The translations under genes were made by a program, and so were the position numbers. A stretch of 61,867 nt of DNA, filler included. It is 4 parts of 4 records of this genome, joined end to end, with 100 filler letters (N's around TTAATTAATTAA, not from the genome) between each part and the next. Parts side by side here need not be neighbours in the genome. Positions count along the whole stretch, not along the records: positions 1 to 23,340 come from DRR723986_12810; 3 more parts are not named here. One strand, 5' to 3'. Of this stretch, positions 9,900-20,279 are shown piece after piece. A model generated the notes under the pieces. The model was given only the letters and a program-made list of their open reading frames with translations. It made no database searches and had not been told where the DNA came from. Numbering within the stretch: position 1 is the stretch's first letter; each line of letters starts with the position of its first letter.

Positions 9900-11673
9900 G
9901 TCCCCCTTCTTCCCGCCACTGTTTCAGAATGGCAAAATACGGATCGGGCCCGGCGCCATAGGAGAGATCCTGACGAGCGCGCTCGCTCGGCTTGCCTTCA
10001 TTATTGTAGTAACCCGGCGTGCATTCCTCCAGGAATTGCTGGCGGAGCATGGCCTTCTCGATGATCGTATCGACCCAGGCCTGTTCGGCCTCCTCCGTCA
10101 GTTCGAACCTTCCGGCCTGACGTGCTTTCGTTTCGGCCAGCGTGTAGCCGATCTGCACGGCCTGTTCCGCCAGCAGATGCGGGTAGTTCGCCGTAAAGCC
10201 AGCCTGCGCCGGCCCCATCACGAACAGGTTCGGAAATCCGTGCACGAACATGCCGTGCAGGCTTCGCATGCCACTCCCCCATGCCTGCGCCAGCGAAACG
10301 CCATCCTCGCCAACCGGATTGTAGCCGGCCCGGCGGGTGTAATCCGTGCCGACTTCGAAGCCGGTCGCATAGATCAGGCAGTCGACCTTGTACTCCTTGC
10401 CCTTTACGACCACGCCATGCTCGGTGATGGCATCGACACCCTGCCCTTCGGTATCGACCAGCGTGACATTGTCCCGGTTGAAGGCCGCGAGATAGTCGTC
10501 GTGGAAGCAGGGCCGTTTGCAGAACTGGCGGTACCAGGGCTTCAACGCCTCCGCTGTGGCAGGATCCTTGACGATCTCATCAACCCGGCCGCGCACTTGT
10601 TCCATCTTCTTGAAGTCGGCCAGTTCGGCCAATTCAGACAGTTTTTCCGGGGACAGGTCCTTGTTGCCTTCCTGTGTCGCGATGTGCAACAGGTTGCGGA
10701 TAATGTCCGTCCACCCATCCTGTACCATATCCACCGGAGCAAACCCGCCTGAAACGAGCGTATTGAAATTCTCCATCCGCGCTTTCTGCCAGCCAGGTTG
10801 AAGCGACTTCGCCCAGTCGGGGTCTGTCGGCCGGTCTCCCCGGTAGTCCACCGATGATGGTGTCCGCTGGAACACGTAAAGATGCTTGGCTCCGCGGGCG
10901 AGATGCGGAACGCACTGAACGGCGGTCGCGCCGGTACCAATTATCCCGACGACCTTGTCAGACAGCTTGTCGAGCCCGCCTGAACAATCGCCGCCGGTAT
11001 AGTCATAATCCCAGCGGCTGGTGTGGAAGGAGTGTCCCTTGAAGGTTTCCACACCCGGAATGCCCGGCAGTTTTGGCCGGTTCAACGGACCATTCGACAT
11101 GACCACGAATTGCGCGGTGAAATCGTCGCCGCGATTGGTCAGCACCTGCCAGGCGTTCTTTTCTGCGATCCAGTTGAGGCCTGTGATCTCTGTACCCAGA
11201 AGGGCATTTCGATAGAGATCGTAGTGCCGGGCGATACGGCGGGAATGCTCAAGGATTTCCGGCGCGCGGGAATATTTCTCCACCGGCATGTAGCCGGTCT
11301 CTTCCAGCAGCGGCAGGTAGATATAGCTTTCGATGTCACAGGCGGCGCCGGGATAGCGATTCCAGTACCAGGTCCCGCCAAAGTCACCGCCCTTCTCGAT
11401 CATGCGGATGTCATCGAACCCGGCCTCACGCAGCTTTCCGGCTGCCAGCAGGCCGCCAAAGCCGCCGCCGATGACGCAGACTTCCACATGGTCCGTGACC
11501 GGATCGCGCGGCTCGAATTCGCAATATGGATCGTCGATATAATGGGCAAAGTCGCCCACCATGTTCACATACTGCTCATTGCCTTCTGTGCGCAGGCGCT
11601 TGTCGCGTTCGGCGCGATACTTGTCGCGCAGGGCGTCGGGATCAAACGCCTCAGGCCGTGCATCATCTGCCAT
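9877..11673 (-). CDS. Baeyer-Villiger-type flavin monooxygenase
   Basis: GGGFGG, GGTWYWNRYPG, BVMO fingerprint FKGHSFHTSRWD, GTGATAVQ, ATGF. Confidence 0.92.
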   Translation of the reverse strand: MADDARPEAFDPDALRDKYRAERDKRLRTEGNEQYVNMVGDFAHYIDDPYCEFEPRDPVTDHVEVCVIGGGFGGLLAAGKLREAGFDDIRMIEKGGDFGGTWYWNRYPGAACDIESYIYLPLLEETGYMPVEKYSRAPEILEHSRRIARHYDLYRNALLGTEITGLNWIAEKNAWQVLTNRGDDFTAQFVVMSNGPLNRPKLPGIPGVETFKGHSFHTSRWDYDYTGGDCSGGLDKLSDKVVGIIGTGATAVQCVPHLARGAKHLYVFQRTPSSVDYRGDRPTDPDWAKSLQPGWQKARMENFNTLVSGGFAPVDMVQDGWTDIIRNLLHIATQEGNKDLSPEKLSELAELADFKKMEQVRGRVDEIVKDPATAEALKPWYRQFCKRPCFHDDYLAAFNRDNVTLVDTEGQGVDAITEHGVVVKGKEYKVDCLIYATGFEVGTDYTRRAGYNPVGEDGVSLAQAWGSGMRSLHGMFVHGFPNLFVMGPAQAGFTANYPHLLAEQAVQIGYTLAETKARQAGRFELTEEAEQAWVDTIIEKAMLRQQFLEECTPGYYNNEGKPSERARQDLSYGAGPDPYFAILKQWREEGGLAGLSLG

Positions 11674-11856
11674 GGCCGTATCCTCCTGATGTTTCCTCGT
11701 CCGGATCTTTTGCCCGTCTAAAGCCAGTTTACCGGAACCTGCTCGCCTGAAACAGGCTGACCCAACGCCAACCTGAAACAGAAATTGTTCCAGCCGCATA
11801 CTGCCGGCGATATCTCCGCTTGACGAAAAGCGGCGCGCCAGCGAAGGCTCCGCCGT

Positions 11857-12765
11857 ATGCGCCTGCCCCATCCCATCATTCTGGTCTGCATTGCCGTCCT
11901 GTGCGGCTGTACGCTCGACGCCACGATGAAGGGCGTCACCCTAGGCGGTACAGGCGTGATCACGGCGACGGCCTGGCGCTATATCCTCGCCTCCATGATC
12001 ATGGTCGTACTGTTCCTGGCTGCGCGTCGCCCCATGCCCGGACTGAAAGCCATCCGCTTTCACACATTGCGGTCGATTGCACAGGTGATTTCATCTCTCA
12101 CCTTCTTCTACGCCCTGACGCAGATCACGCTCGCAGAGGCCGTTGTGATGGGCTTCACCGCCGCCCTGATGATCGCGCCAATCGCGCGGGTCCTGCTAGG
12201 CGAGCGGATGAGCCCGGTCACGGTCGGCGCCTCACTGGTCGGATTTGCCGGCGCGGCCATTGCGATTTCGGGCGAACCGGCAAGCGCCCCGGCCGCGGGC
12301 GTTCGCGCTTACGGGATCGCGGCGATGCTGGTCTCTGCCGTTGGTTATGCCCTGAACATCGTGTTGCTGCGGATGCGCACGAGGGAGGAGGACGCGCTGA
12401 CGCTGGTGACCTTCATGAACGTGCTGCCCGCGCTGTTCCTGATCCCCTTCCTGCCCTTCAACGGCGTCCTGCCGGAGATAAACGCCTGGCCGAAGCTCGG
12501 CGGGGCTGCGGTGGCGGCGGTGGGCATCTGGTCTTTCATGACGTTTGCCTATGCCCGGGCGAAGGCGCAGACACTGGCGCCGTTCGAATATACGGGCCTG
12601 ATCTGGTCATCCCTGTTCGGATACGCCTTCTTCCAGGAAATCCCGAGCCTGCGCCTCTATGGCGGCGCAGCGATCATCATTTTCGCCTGCCTCGTCGTGG
12701 CGTTCGAAACGCATTTCACGGCCCGGCGGGAAGCCCGTGCCGCCGCGGCCGAAATCGCGCCCTAA
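11857..12765 (+). CDS. DMT/EamA family transporter
   Basis: About 10 TM segments, LLGER, LAPFEYTGLIW..LFG..FFQEIP. Confidence 0.88.
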   Translation: MRLPHPIILVCIAVLCGCTLDATMKGVTLGGTGVITATAWRYILASMIMVVLFLAARRPMPGLKAIRFHTLRSIAQVISSLTFFYALTQITLAEAVVMGFTAALMIAPIARVLLGERMSPVTVGASLVGFAGAAIAISGEPASAPAAGVRAYGIAAMLVSAVGYALNIVLLRMRTREEDALTLVTFMNVLPALFLIPFLPFNGVLPEINAWPKLGGAAVAAVGIWSFMTFAYARAKAQTLAPFEYTGLIWSSLFGYAFFQEIPSLRLYGGAAIIIFACLVVAFETHFTARREARAAAAEIAP

Positions 12766-13889
12766 TTTCCGAGCAGCAACAGGGTGCGTCCGTCGCCCTG
12801 ATCGCTCAGACCCGCCTGCAGAGCATAGAGATGCCCGACAAGGTCGATTGTCGACTTGGAACTGCGGCAGGTGTCGGCGACATAGAACCAGACACCCCGA
12901 TAAGGCACAGCGATCGCCGCCCCTTCGGGCTGTTCACGCGACCAGCGCACGGCGAAATAGTCCCCCATCACCTCGTGCCAGGGATCAGCCGGGGCGCAGG
13001 CGGACGGTGCGGCCGCACCGGCGCCGCCGCGCGTATGCCCCACCAGCGCCATATGCTCCGGCGGCACGTCCACGGTCTGGGACAGGGCCGACAGGATGCC
13101 CAGCAGGCTGCGTCCACGGGCCGGGGCCGTGCCCGCCACGCGCCCGACGGCGCTGATTTCGGCAAGGAAGATATCACCCTCAGTCAGGGTCTCCACGGAG
13201 ATCCGGTGCGCCTCCATCATGGCGGCCAGCCGGTTGCCGGCATCGTTTCCGGCGCGCCAGGTGACCACGACACGTTTGGGCTGTTCAGGCACCTCGCCGT
13301 CCAGGACCTGCACCAGCAGGCCGCCCGACACCTGCAACTGGCGCATCAGGTGGGCAAGCTCGCGGAAGCCTGAATTATCGGGTACCGTATCGGGCGTCGG
13401 CCCGGCCGCGGCGCGGGCATTGTCGAGATCGCCGATCCGGGCAATGCAGCAGAGCAGCAGGCGCTCCACGCTCCAGCCCGACTGGCTGAGCAGGAAGATC
13501 GATTCCGGCGCCACCGGCTGCAGCAGCTGCTCCGCATAGGCACCGCCCCGCAGATTGCTATAAACCACGGTTGGCGTGACCGAACGGGTCGCCGTGCCCG
13601 CCGGATTAAGCATGTCCACCATCTCGCCCGGACTGACACCAAAGGCCCCGGCAAGGCCGCCGGAGATTTCCCCCGTGTCTTCGGTAGAGAGGGTCTCGAT
13701 CTCCACGAAGCTGACGGGGTCGTTGTAGCGCAGGCGCACGATGTTCAGCAGCAATTGCTGCTGCTGCGCGCGGGCAAGTTCCGTGGAATAGGCCATGGTA
13801 TCGCGCGCCACCGGCGCCATGGTGCGCTGGCTGGCACAGCCCGCCAATGCCAGGACAGCCGTCAGCGCGACGGCGGAAAGGCGTATCAT
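12762..13889 (-). CDS. Hypothetical lipoprotein
   Basis: Lipobox LAGC; LLLNIVRLRYND and VPYRGVWFYVAD segments look like a conserved family. Confidence 0.7.
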   Translation of the reverse strand: MIRLSAVALTAVLALAGCASQRTMAPVARDTMAYSTELARAQQQQLLLNIVRLRYNDPVSFVEIETLSTEDTGEISGGLAGAFGVSPGEMVDMLNPAGTATRSVTPTVVYSNLRGGAYAEQLLQPVAPESIFLLSQSGWSVERLLLCCIARIGDLDNARAAAGPTPDTVPDNSGFRELAHLMRQLQVSGGLLVQVLDGEVPEQPKRVVVTWRAGNDAGNRLAAMMEAHRISVETLTEGDIFLAEISAVGRVAGTAPARGRSLLGILSALSQTVDVPPEHMALVGHTRGGAGAAAPSACAPADPWHEVMGDYFAVRWSREQPEGAAIAVPYRGVWFYVADTCRSSKSTIDLVGHLYALQAGLSDQGDGRTLLLLGN

Positions 13890-13963
13890 TTCAAAGGTCC
13901 CCGCCTCGATTTCATCCAGCCTCGCAGGCTAGACGGGCCGGGCGCCGGGTCAACCGGATTCGC

Positions 13964-14380
13964 CTACCAGACGCCCGCATTCTTGAGCGCGGTGTCGAGG
14001 TCCGGCGGAATGTCCAGCGCCGCCTCTCCGGATTTCAGGTCGCGGGGGGCATCCTCAGGTTTCAGGTAGCGCCAGCCCTGAAAGGGGCGCTTTGCCTGCG
14101 CATAAGTGCGCACCAGTTCCGGATCGAAGATCAGGGCGCACATATCCCGGCCCTCGGAGTCCTTTTCCTGACGGATATCGACGATGCGCTGGCGTACGCG
14201 GATCGCGCCCTTGACCACCCAATAGATCGACCCGCCGCGCAGGATTTCCTCTGCGCGTTTCGGGAACATGCGGGTGTAGTGCGCCGGATTGGGCGATGCC
14301 TCCAGGTATCGGGCCTGCCACCGGGCGATGTCGTCGACATCTTCGGAACCGACGCTGAGTTTCACCATGTGAATCGTCAT
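13964..14380 (-). CDS. DUF1489 family protein
   Basis: HMVKLSVG, TRMFPKRAEEIL.GGSIYWVVKG, RPFQGWRYL. Confidence 0.85.
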   Translation of the reverse strand: MTIHMVKLSVGSEDVDDIARWQARYLEASPNPAHYTRMFPKRAEEILRGGSIYWVVKGAIRVRQRIVDIRQEKDSEGRDMCALIFDPELVRTYAQAKRPFQGWRYLKPEDAPRDLKSGEAALDIPPDLDTALKNAGVW

Positions 14381-14420
14381 GGCGTCAGTCTAACGCGCGC
14401 GGGCCCGGAGGCCAGAGCGG

Positions 14421-15122
14421 CTACTGTATCAGCTGGGCCGACTCGAATTCCTGCTGGGCCTCGTTGCTGGCGAAGAAGAATTCCGCCTGCACGATGTTGG
14501 CCGAATAACGCCGGTCGATGGTGCGGAAGGCCGCACGGGCCTGCAGGTCTATGGAAAAACCGGACACGTAGCTCATGCCCCAGCGAGGCTCCGTCCGGAT
14601 GAAATAGGACTGGTCGTAACGGGTCAGCGTGCCGCCTTCGGGACCGGAAACCGGATGCGGCAGCGTGTAGTCGATCCGCAGGAAACGTTCGCCCACAGGG
14701 TCCAGCCAGGCCGTCGCGGCGAGGCGCTGGGCGGCCCAGACATCAAACTCCCCGTCATTGCTGGAAGGACGGTGGTGGAAAGAGACTTTCCAGGCAGCGC
14801 CCTTGTCGTCCACCATCACCTGCGGCCCGAGGCTGGCGCGCAGATCGTCCGGGAACAGGCGCCCATCCGGGGCGGCCTCATTGGCCCATTCGGCGGCGAC
14901 ATTGTCGAGTTCCTCGTCCTCGCCTTCCCAGGCCAGCGCCGTCCAGCGGTCCCTTCCCTTCTCGCGCGGGTCAAAGCGGTAGACGCGCCGTGCGTGCGAC
15001 GATTGCAGCTCCACCGTGAAGGCCGCGCGCAGGGTGGTCGGGGCTTCCGTCGCCTCCAGCGCGGAATTCATCGGACCCGATCCGGTCGCCAGGGAGAAGG
15101 TGAGCAGCCAGGCTAGAAACAT
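14421..15122 (-). CDS. Hypothetical exported protein
   Basis: 233-aa ORF with signal-like N-terminus and host-like codon usage. Confidence 0.6.
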   Translation of the reverse strand: MFLAWLLTFSLATGSGPMNSALEATEAPTTLRAAFTVELQSSHARRVYRFDPREKGRDRWTALAWEGEDEELDNVAAEWANEAAPDGRLFPDDLRASLGPQVMVDDKGAAWKVSFHHRPSSNDGEFDVWAAQRLAATAWLDPVGERFLRIDYTLPHPVSGPEGGTLTRYDQSYFIRTEPRWGMSYVSGFSIDLQARAAFRTIDRRYSANIVQAEFFFASNEAQQEFESAQLIQ

Positions 15123-15276
15123 GACGGTGATGCAATCCTCCGGGCAGGGTTAGGCCCGGATTGCGGCATCACTACGGCGGATCACGCCGGACTTAGCCAT
15201 GACCAGGACGGATCATAGCATGCGCCATCAATGATTTACGTGAGTTGAACAGGACTGCCCCCGAAGGCGCAGGCCG

Positions 15277-15696
15277 TCACTCCTTGTCGGCATCCTTGAG
15301 CGGTACGCCATAGAGTTCCAGACGGTGGTCGACCAGCCGGAAGCCCAACTTCTTGGCGATCAGCTCCTGAAGCTCCTCGATTTCCTCAGAATGGAATTCA
15401 ACGACTTCGCCGGTGCGTACATTGATCAGGTGATCGTGATGCTCGTCCGGCACTTCCTCGTAGCGGGCGCGGCCATCGCGGAAGTCGTGGGCCTGAATGA
15501 TCCCGGCATCCTCGAACAGTTTCACGGTGCGATACACCGTGGCCAGCGAGATGGAGGCATCCTGGGCGTTGGCCCGGCGGTGCAGTTCTTCGGCGTCGGG
15601 GTGATCCGTCGAGGTCGAGAGCACACGTGCGATCACGCGCCGGGGCTCCGTCATGCGGAGGCCCTTCTCAACGCAGAGTTTTTCGAGTCGATCCAT
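15277..15696 (-). CDS. fur: Fur family transcriptional regulator (Fur/Mur)
   Basis: GLRMTEPRRVI, DHPDAEEL, SLATVYRT, HHDHLI. Confidence 0.9.
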   Translation of the reverse strand: MDRLEKLCVEKGLRMTEPRRVIARVLSTSTDHPDAEELHRRANAQDASISLATVYRTVKLFEDAGIIQAHDFRDGRARYEEVPDEHHDHLINVRTGEVVEFHSEEIEELQELIAKKLGFRLVDHRLELYGVPLKDADKE

Positions 15697-15711
15697 GATA
15701 CGTATTTGCCC

Positions 15712-16908
15712 TTAGCGCGACGGTAAGTCCAGTTTCTGATGTTGGCTGCGGTCAATGCTGTCAACTCCGGCGAGCCGTGTGAAGCGTGCCAGTTCCGCGT
15801 CCAGCCGGCCCTCCCGGGCGGCGGTCCAGGCAATGCCGGCTTCCGGCCAGAGGCGCTCCACGCTCAGCGTTCCGGCGGCCCGGTCAGCTTTTACCTCCAC
15901 CCGGCCAACCATGCGGTCCCCTTCCAGCAGCGGATAGACATAATAGCCCCAGCGGCGTTTGGCCGCCGGGACGAAGATCTCGATCCTGTAGTCGAAACCA
16001 AACAGACGCTGCAGCCGGGCCCGGTCGCGGATCACCGGATCAAACGGATTCAGGATACGCAGGCGCGAGGTCGGCGCCGGGGCAGCCTCCAGACGGGCTT
16101 CGATGTCTTCCGGGGCGAGCGCGCTCGTCCATTTGCCGTCGGCGCATTCGATTCGCACCGGTACGAGGCATTTCTGCCCTGCGGCCCAATCCTTTACCTC
16201 AGCCAGATCCGCGGCGTCCCAGAAACGCTGGATGTCCCCTTCAGAGCCGAAGGCAATGCGCGAGAGCGCTTCGCGGCAGAGCCAGTCTACCTGTTCATGA
16301 TCGGGCGGTTCGTCTTCCCGGTGATGGCCGGGAATCACCCGCTCTGTCAGATCGTAGAATTTTGTGAAATTCTCCCGGTGCGAGGTCGAGAGTGCCCCGG
16401 CATACCACATGTAATCCAGCGCCAGCTTGTGCGGCGGGCGGCGCCACATCTCGCGCGGGCCCTCGACCTTCGTGTCGAAAGCCTTGGTGCTAAGCGGGCC
16501 TTCCTGCCGGATGCGGTCCACAATCCATGCCCGGCCATCCTCGTCGAGCATGCCGCGATGCCATTCCCAGCCGCGTACTTTCTTCTCCAGCCGCCGGAAC
16601 TGGCGCCGCCAATTGGGATAGAACTCCATCGGGATCACGGAGGCGTCGTGCGTGAAATGCTCGAAGACGCCGCGTTCCTTGCGCATGAGCTTGTCGAGCA
16701 TGGGCTCGCGATAGTTCTGGTTGCGGGACCAGAGGATGTGGTGATGCGCCCGCGAGACGACGCGAATGGAGTCGAGCTGGACGAAGCCCAGGTCGTGGAT
16801 GAGCGCCGCCAGGTCCAATGGCCCTGTCGGGGTGGCCGACAGGCCCTGTGCGTGCAGCCAGAGCCGGCGGGCATCCCGGTTGCGGATTTCGAGCGGTGCC
16901 GTGGTCAT
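15712..16908 (-). CDS. ycaQ: YcaQ/AlkZ-family winged-helix DNA crosslink repair glycosylase
   Basis: GFVQLDSI..V.RAHHHIL.SR, FEHFTHDAS, LNPFDPVIRDR, FDYRIEIFVPAAKRRWGYY. Confidence 0.85.
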   Translation of the reverse strand: MTTAPLEIRNRDARRLWLHAQGLSATPTGPLDLAALIHDLGFVQLDSIRVVSRAHHHILWSRNQNYREPMLDKLMRKERGVFEHFTHDASVIPMEFYPNWRRQFRRLEKKVRGWEWHRGMLDEDGRAWIVDRIRQEGPLSTKAFDTKVEGPREMWRRPPHKLALDYMWYAGALSTSHRENFTKFYDLTERVIPGHHREDEPPDHEQVDWLCREALSRIAFGSEGDIQRFWDAADLAEVKDWAAGQKCLVPVRIECADGKWTSALAPEDIEARLEAAPAPTSRLRILNPFDPVIRDRARLQRLFGFDYRIEIFVPAAKRRWGYYVYPLLEGDRMVGRVEVKADRAAGTLSVERLWPEAGIAWTAAREGRLDAELARFTRLAGVDSIDRSQHQKLDLPSR

Positions 16909-16915
16909 CAACTCA

Positions 16916-17464
16916 TCACTCGAACAGTGTCAGCTGGCCGCCGTCGGGATAGACGCCTTCGCGGGCGAGCAGCGCTTTCTTGGTCAGCAGGCCGCCCGGT
17001 GCGGAGAAGCCGCCCAGCCAGCCATTCGAGCCCAGCACCCGGTGGCACGGCACGATCACCGGCCAGGAATTGCGCCCCATGGCCATGCCGATGGCCTGTG
17101 CGCCGTTCGGCCGGCCAATAGTGGCGGCCAGTTCGCCATAGGTGACCGTCTTACCCCAGCCGACCTTGCGCAGCGCGTCATAGGCGGCCCGCTCGAAGGC
17201 GGAATGCCGATCCATGTCGAGCCGGAGACCGTCAAAGCTGGTCGGCTCGCCCGACAGGAAGGTCTTCAGGGCTGTTATCACTTCGGCAATCTCCGGCGGC
17301 ACGTCCGCTTCCTTCACCAGTTCGGCGCCGTGGCGTGTGATGCGCGCGACGGTCAGTTCCGGATCGGATTCCGGCAGTTGCACACCGGCCACCCCTGCCT
17401 CTGTCCAGGCAAGGCCGCACCGGCCAATAGGTGTGTCAAAATGGGACGCCCACTCCTTGAACAT
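16916..17464 (-). CDS. ogt: Methylated-DNA-protein-cysteine methyltransferase
   Basis: TYGELA, AIGMAMGRN, active-site PCHRV. Confidence 0.9.
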   Translation of the reverse strand: MFKEWASHFDTPIGRCGLAWTEAGVAGVQLPESDPELTVARITRHGAELVKEADVPPEIAEVITALKTFLSGEPTSFDGLRLDMDRHSAFERAAYDALRKVGWGKTVTYGELAATIGRPNGAQAIGMAMGRNSWPVIVPCHRVLGSNGWLGGFSAPGGLLTKKALLAREGVYPDGGQLTLFE

Positions 17465-17473
17465 AGAGAGAAC
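17459..17473 (-). promoter_or_regulatory. Alphaproteobacterial LexA (SOS) box
   Basis: GTTC-tctctat-GTTC (GTTC-N7-GTTC) overlapping the ogt start codon, with a third GTTC 8 nt further upstream. Confidence 0.65.
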
Positions 17474-17522
17474 ATTTCTCAGAACGAGATATGAGTCCAT
17501 CCCTTCTGGGAACAAATGGCGA

Positions 17523-18407
17523 TCAGGCGAGGTGTTTTGCGAAGAAATCGAGCGTCCGGCTCCAGGCAAGCGTCGCCGCGGCCTCGTCGTAGCGGGACGT
17601 CGTGTCATTATGGAACCCGTGATTCACGCCTTCATAGAGGTACACTTCGTACGGTTTACCCGCCGCGTTGAGCGCATCCTGGTAATTCGGCCAGCCGGCA
17701 TTCACCCGATCGTCCAGCCCGGCGAGATGGATCTGCAGCGGCACTTCCAGCCTGGCTGCATCCTCCGCGCTCGGCCAGCCGCCGTAATACGGCACCGAAC
17801 AGGACAGCCAGGGCTGCTTGACTGCCATCAGATTGGTGATCGCCCCGCCGAAGCAGAATCCGGTGATGCCCACCTTGCCATTAGTCGCTTCATGATCGCG
17901 CAGGAATTCCGCCCCGGCCATGAAGTCCGCCAGCATTTTCGCGCTGTCACGCTGCGCCTGAAGGGTGCGGCCGTCATCGTCATTGCCGGGATAACCGCCG
18001 AGCGGATAGAGCGCGTCGGGCGCGAAGGCGACATAGCCGGCCTTTGCCGCGCGCCGGGCGACATCCTTGATATGCGGGTTCAGGCCCCGGTTTTCGTGCA
18101 CGACCAGAACGCCTGGCAGCACGGTGCCGCCTGCGGGCCGCACGAGATAGCCGGCCATTTCCCCTGCCCCTTCGGACGAATTGTAGGTGACCATTTCGGC
18201 ATCAAGCTCGCCATCGCTCTCAGACGTCTGCTGTTTCGAATAGTCGGGCATGACGCAAGCGGCGAGCGAGGCGACACTTAGTCCGCCTACCGCATACTTG
18301 CCCAATCCTTCGAAGAAGCCGCGGCGCGACAGGTGGCCATGGCAATATTCGTCGTAAAGATCGAATACGCCCTGTGGGATTTCCGCGGTCTTGATGTCGT
18401 CTGCCAT
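17523..18407 (-). CDS. Dienelactone hydrolase family protein (YghX-like)
   Basis: LYDEYCHG.LSRR, VVHENRGLNPHI, GFCFGG, HGFHND. Confidence 0.9.
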   Translation of the reverse strand: MADDIKTAEIPQGVFDLYDEYCHGHLSRRGFFEGLGKYAVGGLSVASLAACVMPDYSKQQTSESDGELDAEMVTYNSSEGAGEMAGYLVRPAGGTVLPGVLVVHENRGLNPHIKDVARRAAKAGYVAFAPDALYPLGGYPGNDDDGRTLQAQRDSAKMLADFMAGAEFLRDHEATNGKVGITGFCFGGAITNLMAVKQPWLSCSVPYYGGWPSAEDAARLEVPLQIHLAGLDDRVNAGWPNYQDALNAAGKPYEVYLYEGVNHGFHNDTTSRYDEAAATLAWSRTLDFFAKHLA

Positions 18408-18500
18408 TGTATGTCCTCCTGCTGCTGCGGGGATGGTAGCGCAGATGCAGGATTTGGATAGGGCGAAGCGATCACTTCTGTGTGGGGTCGCCCTATGGTG

Positions 18501-18956
18501 TCAGAGGCCCATCTTGCGGGACATCAGCACGGCATCGACCGGCACATCACGCCCGGCGGTGTAGTAGCGGGGCCGCCGGCCATCCTCCGTGAAGCCGAAC
18601 CCGCGATAAAGCGCGCGGGCGGGCGCATTGTCCTCAGCCACATCCAGCGTGATGCGGGAGACACCGCGCTCGCCCAGCCGGTTGATGAGCGCACCGATCA
18701 ATGTGGCACCAAGGCCCTTGCGGCGGTGCTCCGGCGCGGTGGCCACGGTGAGAATGTCACTCTCCCCGGCAATCGTCTGAGCCATGGCGAAGGCAACAAG
18801 CTCCCCATTCAGTTCCACGCCCAGCGTCAGGATGGATGTGTCCAGCAGCAGGCCGCGGAACGATATGGCGCTCCAAGGGTCGTCGAAGCAACGCATGTGC
18901 AGCTGGCTCATGCGCCCCGCATCTTCCGCACGCAGGGCGAGCAAAGGGTGGGTCAC
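18501..18956 (-). CDS. rimI: RimI-like GNAT acetyltransferase
   Basis: RRKGLG, LDVAEDN.PA.ALY..FGF...GRRPRYY; downstream of tsaB. Confidence 0.8.
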   Translation of the reverse strand: MTHPLLALRAEDAGRMSQLHMRCFDDPWSAISFRGLLLDTSILTLGVELNGELVAFAMAQTIAGESDILTVATAPEHRRKGLGATLIGALINRLGERGVSRITLDVAEDNAPARALYRGFGFTEDGRRPRYYTAGRDVPVDAVLMSRKMGL

Positions 18957-19597
18957 TTGCGCGGCTCCGGCAGGGTCGCGTCGGGATCGCGCGCATAGAC
19001 CGGGGACGGAGGATGTGCCGCCGGATCGAACTGCCCGCCCTTGATGGCAGCGGTGATCGCAGACGGCACCAGCGGACGCAGGTCCAGCTTGTCTTTCAGG
19101 GCTCCGAGAGCATCGGCATTGTCCATGAATACGGGCGCGTGGAAGCCCTCCAGCATAGGCAGCAGCTGTTCAAGGCGCAGTTCCAGCACGTCGGCAATGC
19201 CCTGCCCCTCGCTGACACCCTGGATCCACCAGGTCTGATCCGGTGGGCGTTTCTGCCCGGCCAAGCAGCCCATCACCGTGCCTTCCATGCCGGAAGGCAC
19301 AGCGGCTTCGAGGCTGGTCACGCCGACGCAATCGGCCCCCGTCACCAGTGCCAGGCCGCGCGCATAGGCAACGCCGATGCGGATGCCGGTGAAACTGCCG
19401 GGGCCGGTGACGACGGCGATGCGATCAACCTGTTCGAGGGTCACGCCCTCATCGTCGAGCAGGCGCTGGACGAGAGCCGGCAAATGCTTGTCCTGGCCGC
19501 GCGCCATCACCTCGCGCGCATCGGCAAGGATCTCGCCATCGCGCACAAGTGCTACTTCCATGGCAGTAAAAGCGGTGTTCAGCCCCAGGACCAGCAT
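18953..19597 (-). CDS. tsaB: tRNA threonylcarbamoyladenosine biosynthesis protein TsaB
   Basis: IAVVTGPGSFTGIRIGVA motif. Confidence 0.92.
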   Translation of the reverse strand: MLVLGLNTAFTAMEVALVRDGEILADAREVMARGQDKHLPALVQRLLDDEGVTLEQVDRIAVVTGPGSFTGIRIGVAYARGLALVTGADCVGVTSLEAAVPSGMEGTVMGCLAGQKRPPDQTWWIQGVSEGQGIADVLELRLEQLLPMLEGFHAPVFMDNADALGALKDKLDLRPLVPSAITAAIKGGQFDPAAHPPSPVYARDPDATLPEPRK

Positions 19598-19609
19598 CGT
19601 CTCGCCCGC

Positions 19610-20209
19610 CTAGAGGATGCGGCAGGCCTCGTCGAATGCCAGGCGCGGCGAGCGGTCGAAGATTGTCGTGCGGTCGCCATGGCCGATATTGCAGATGAAG
19701 TTTGCCTTCCAGTTCTTCATCTCGCCGTCCTGGCTTTCGAAGAACTCCTTGTTGACGCCCGCCGCGTCAAAGCCGGACATCGGACCGCAATCGAGGCCGA
19801 GCGAGCGCGCCGCCAGCATCAGGTAGGCACCCTGCAGCGTCCCGTTCCGGAAGGCAGTCTCTTCCTTGATGTGGTGGAACCAGTCTTTCGCTTCCGGGGC
19901 ATGCGGGAAGAGTTTCGGGATCTTCTCGTGGAACTCCATGTCATGGGCGACGATCACCGTCCACGGAGCTTTCTGTGTCTTCTCGCGATTGCCTTCTGAC
20001 ATCAGCGGCACCAGGCGCGCTTTGCCCTCCTCAGAGCTGACGAAAACGAACCGTGCCGGCGAATTGTTGGCGCTGGTCGGACCGAGCTTCGCCAGATCAT
20101 AGACCGCACGGATCAGGACTTCCGGGACATCTTCCTCGCGCCAGCCATTATAGGAGCGCGCGTCGCGGAAAATCACGTCCAGGGCATGGTCGTTCACAGG
20201 GTGGGCCAT
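19610..20209 (-). CDS. Nitroreductase family malonic semialdehyde reductase (RutE-like)
   Basis: GPTSANNSPARFVFV, RNGTLQGAYLMLAARSLGLDCGPMSGFD. Confidence 0.88.
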   Translation of the reverse strand: MAHPVNDHALDVIFRDARSYNGWREEDVPEVLIRAVYDLAKLGPTSANNSPARFVFVSSEEGKARLVPLMSEGNREKTQKAPWTVIVAHDMEFHEKIPKLFPHAPEAKDWFHHIKEETAFRNGTLQGAYLMLAARSLGLDCGPMSGFDAAGVNKEFFESQDGEMKNWKANFICNIGHGDRTTIFDRSPRLAFDEACRIL

Positions 20210-20279
20210 CAGGTCAGTCCTTTTGCTTTATGGGTATGCGGCCCGTCTTCGCGCAGGCCGCCAAGAGGGCAGATTGCGC

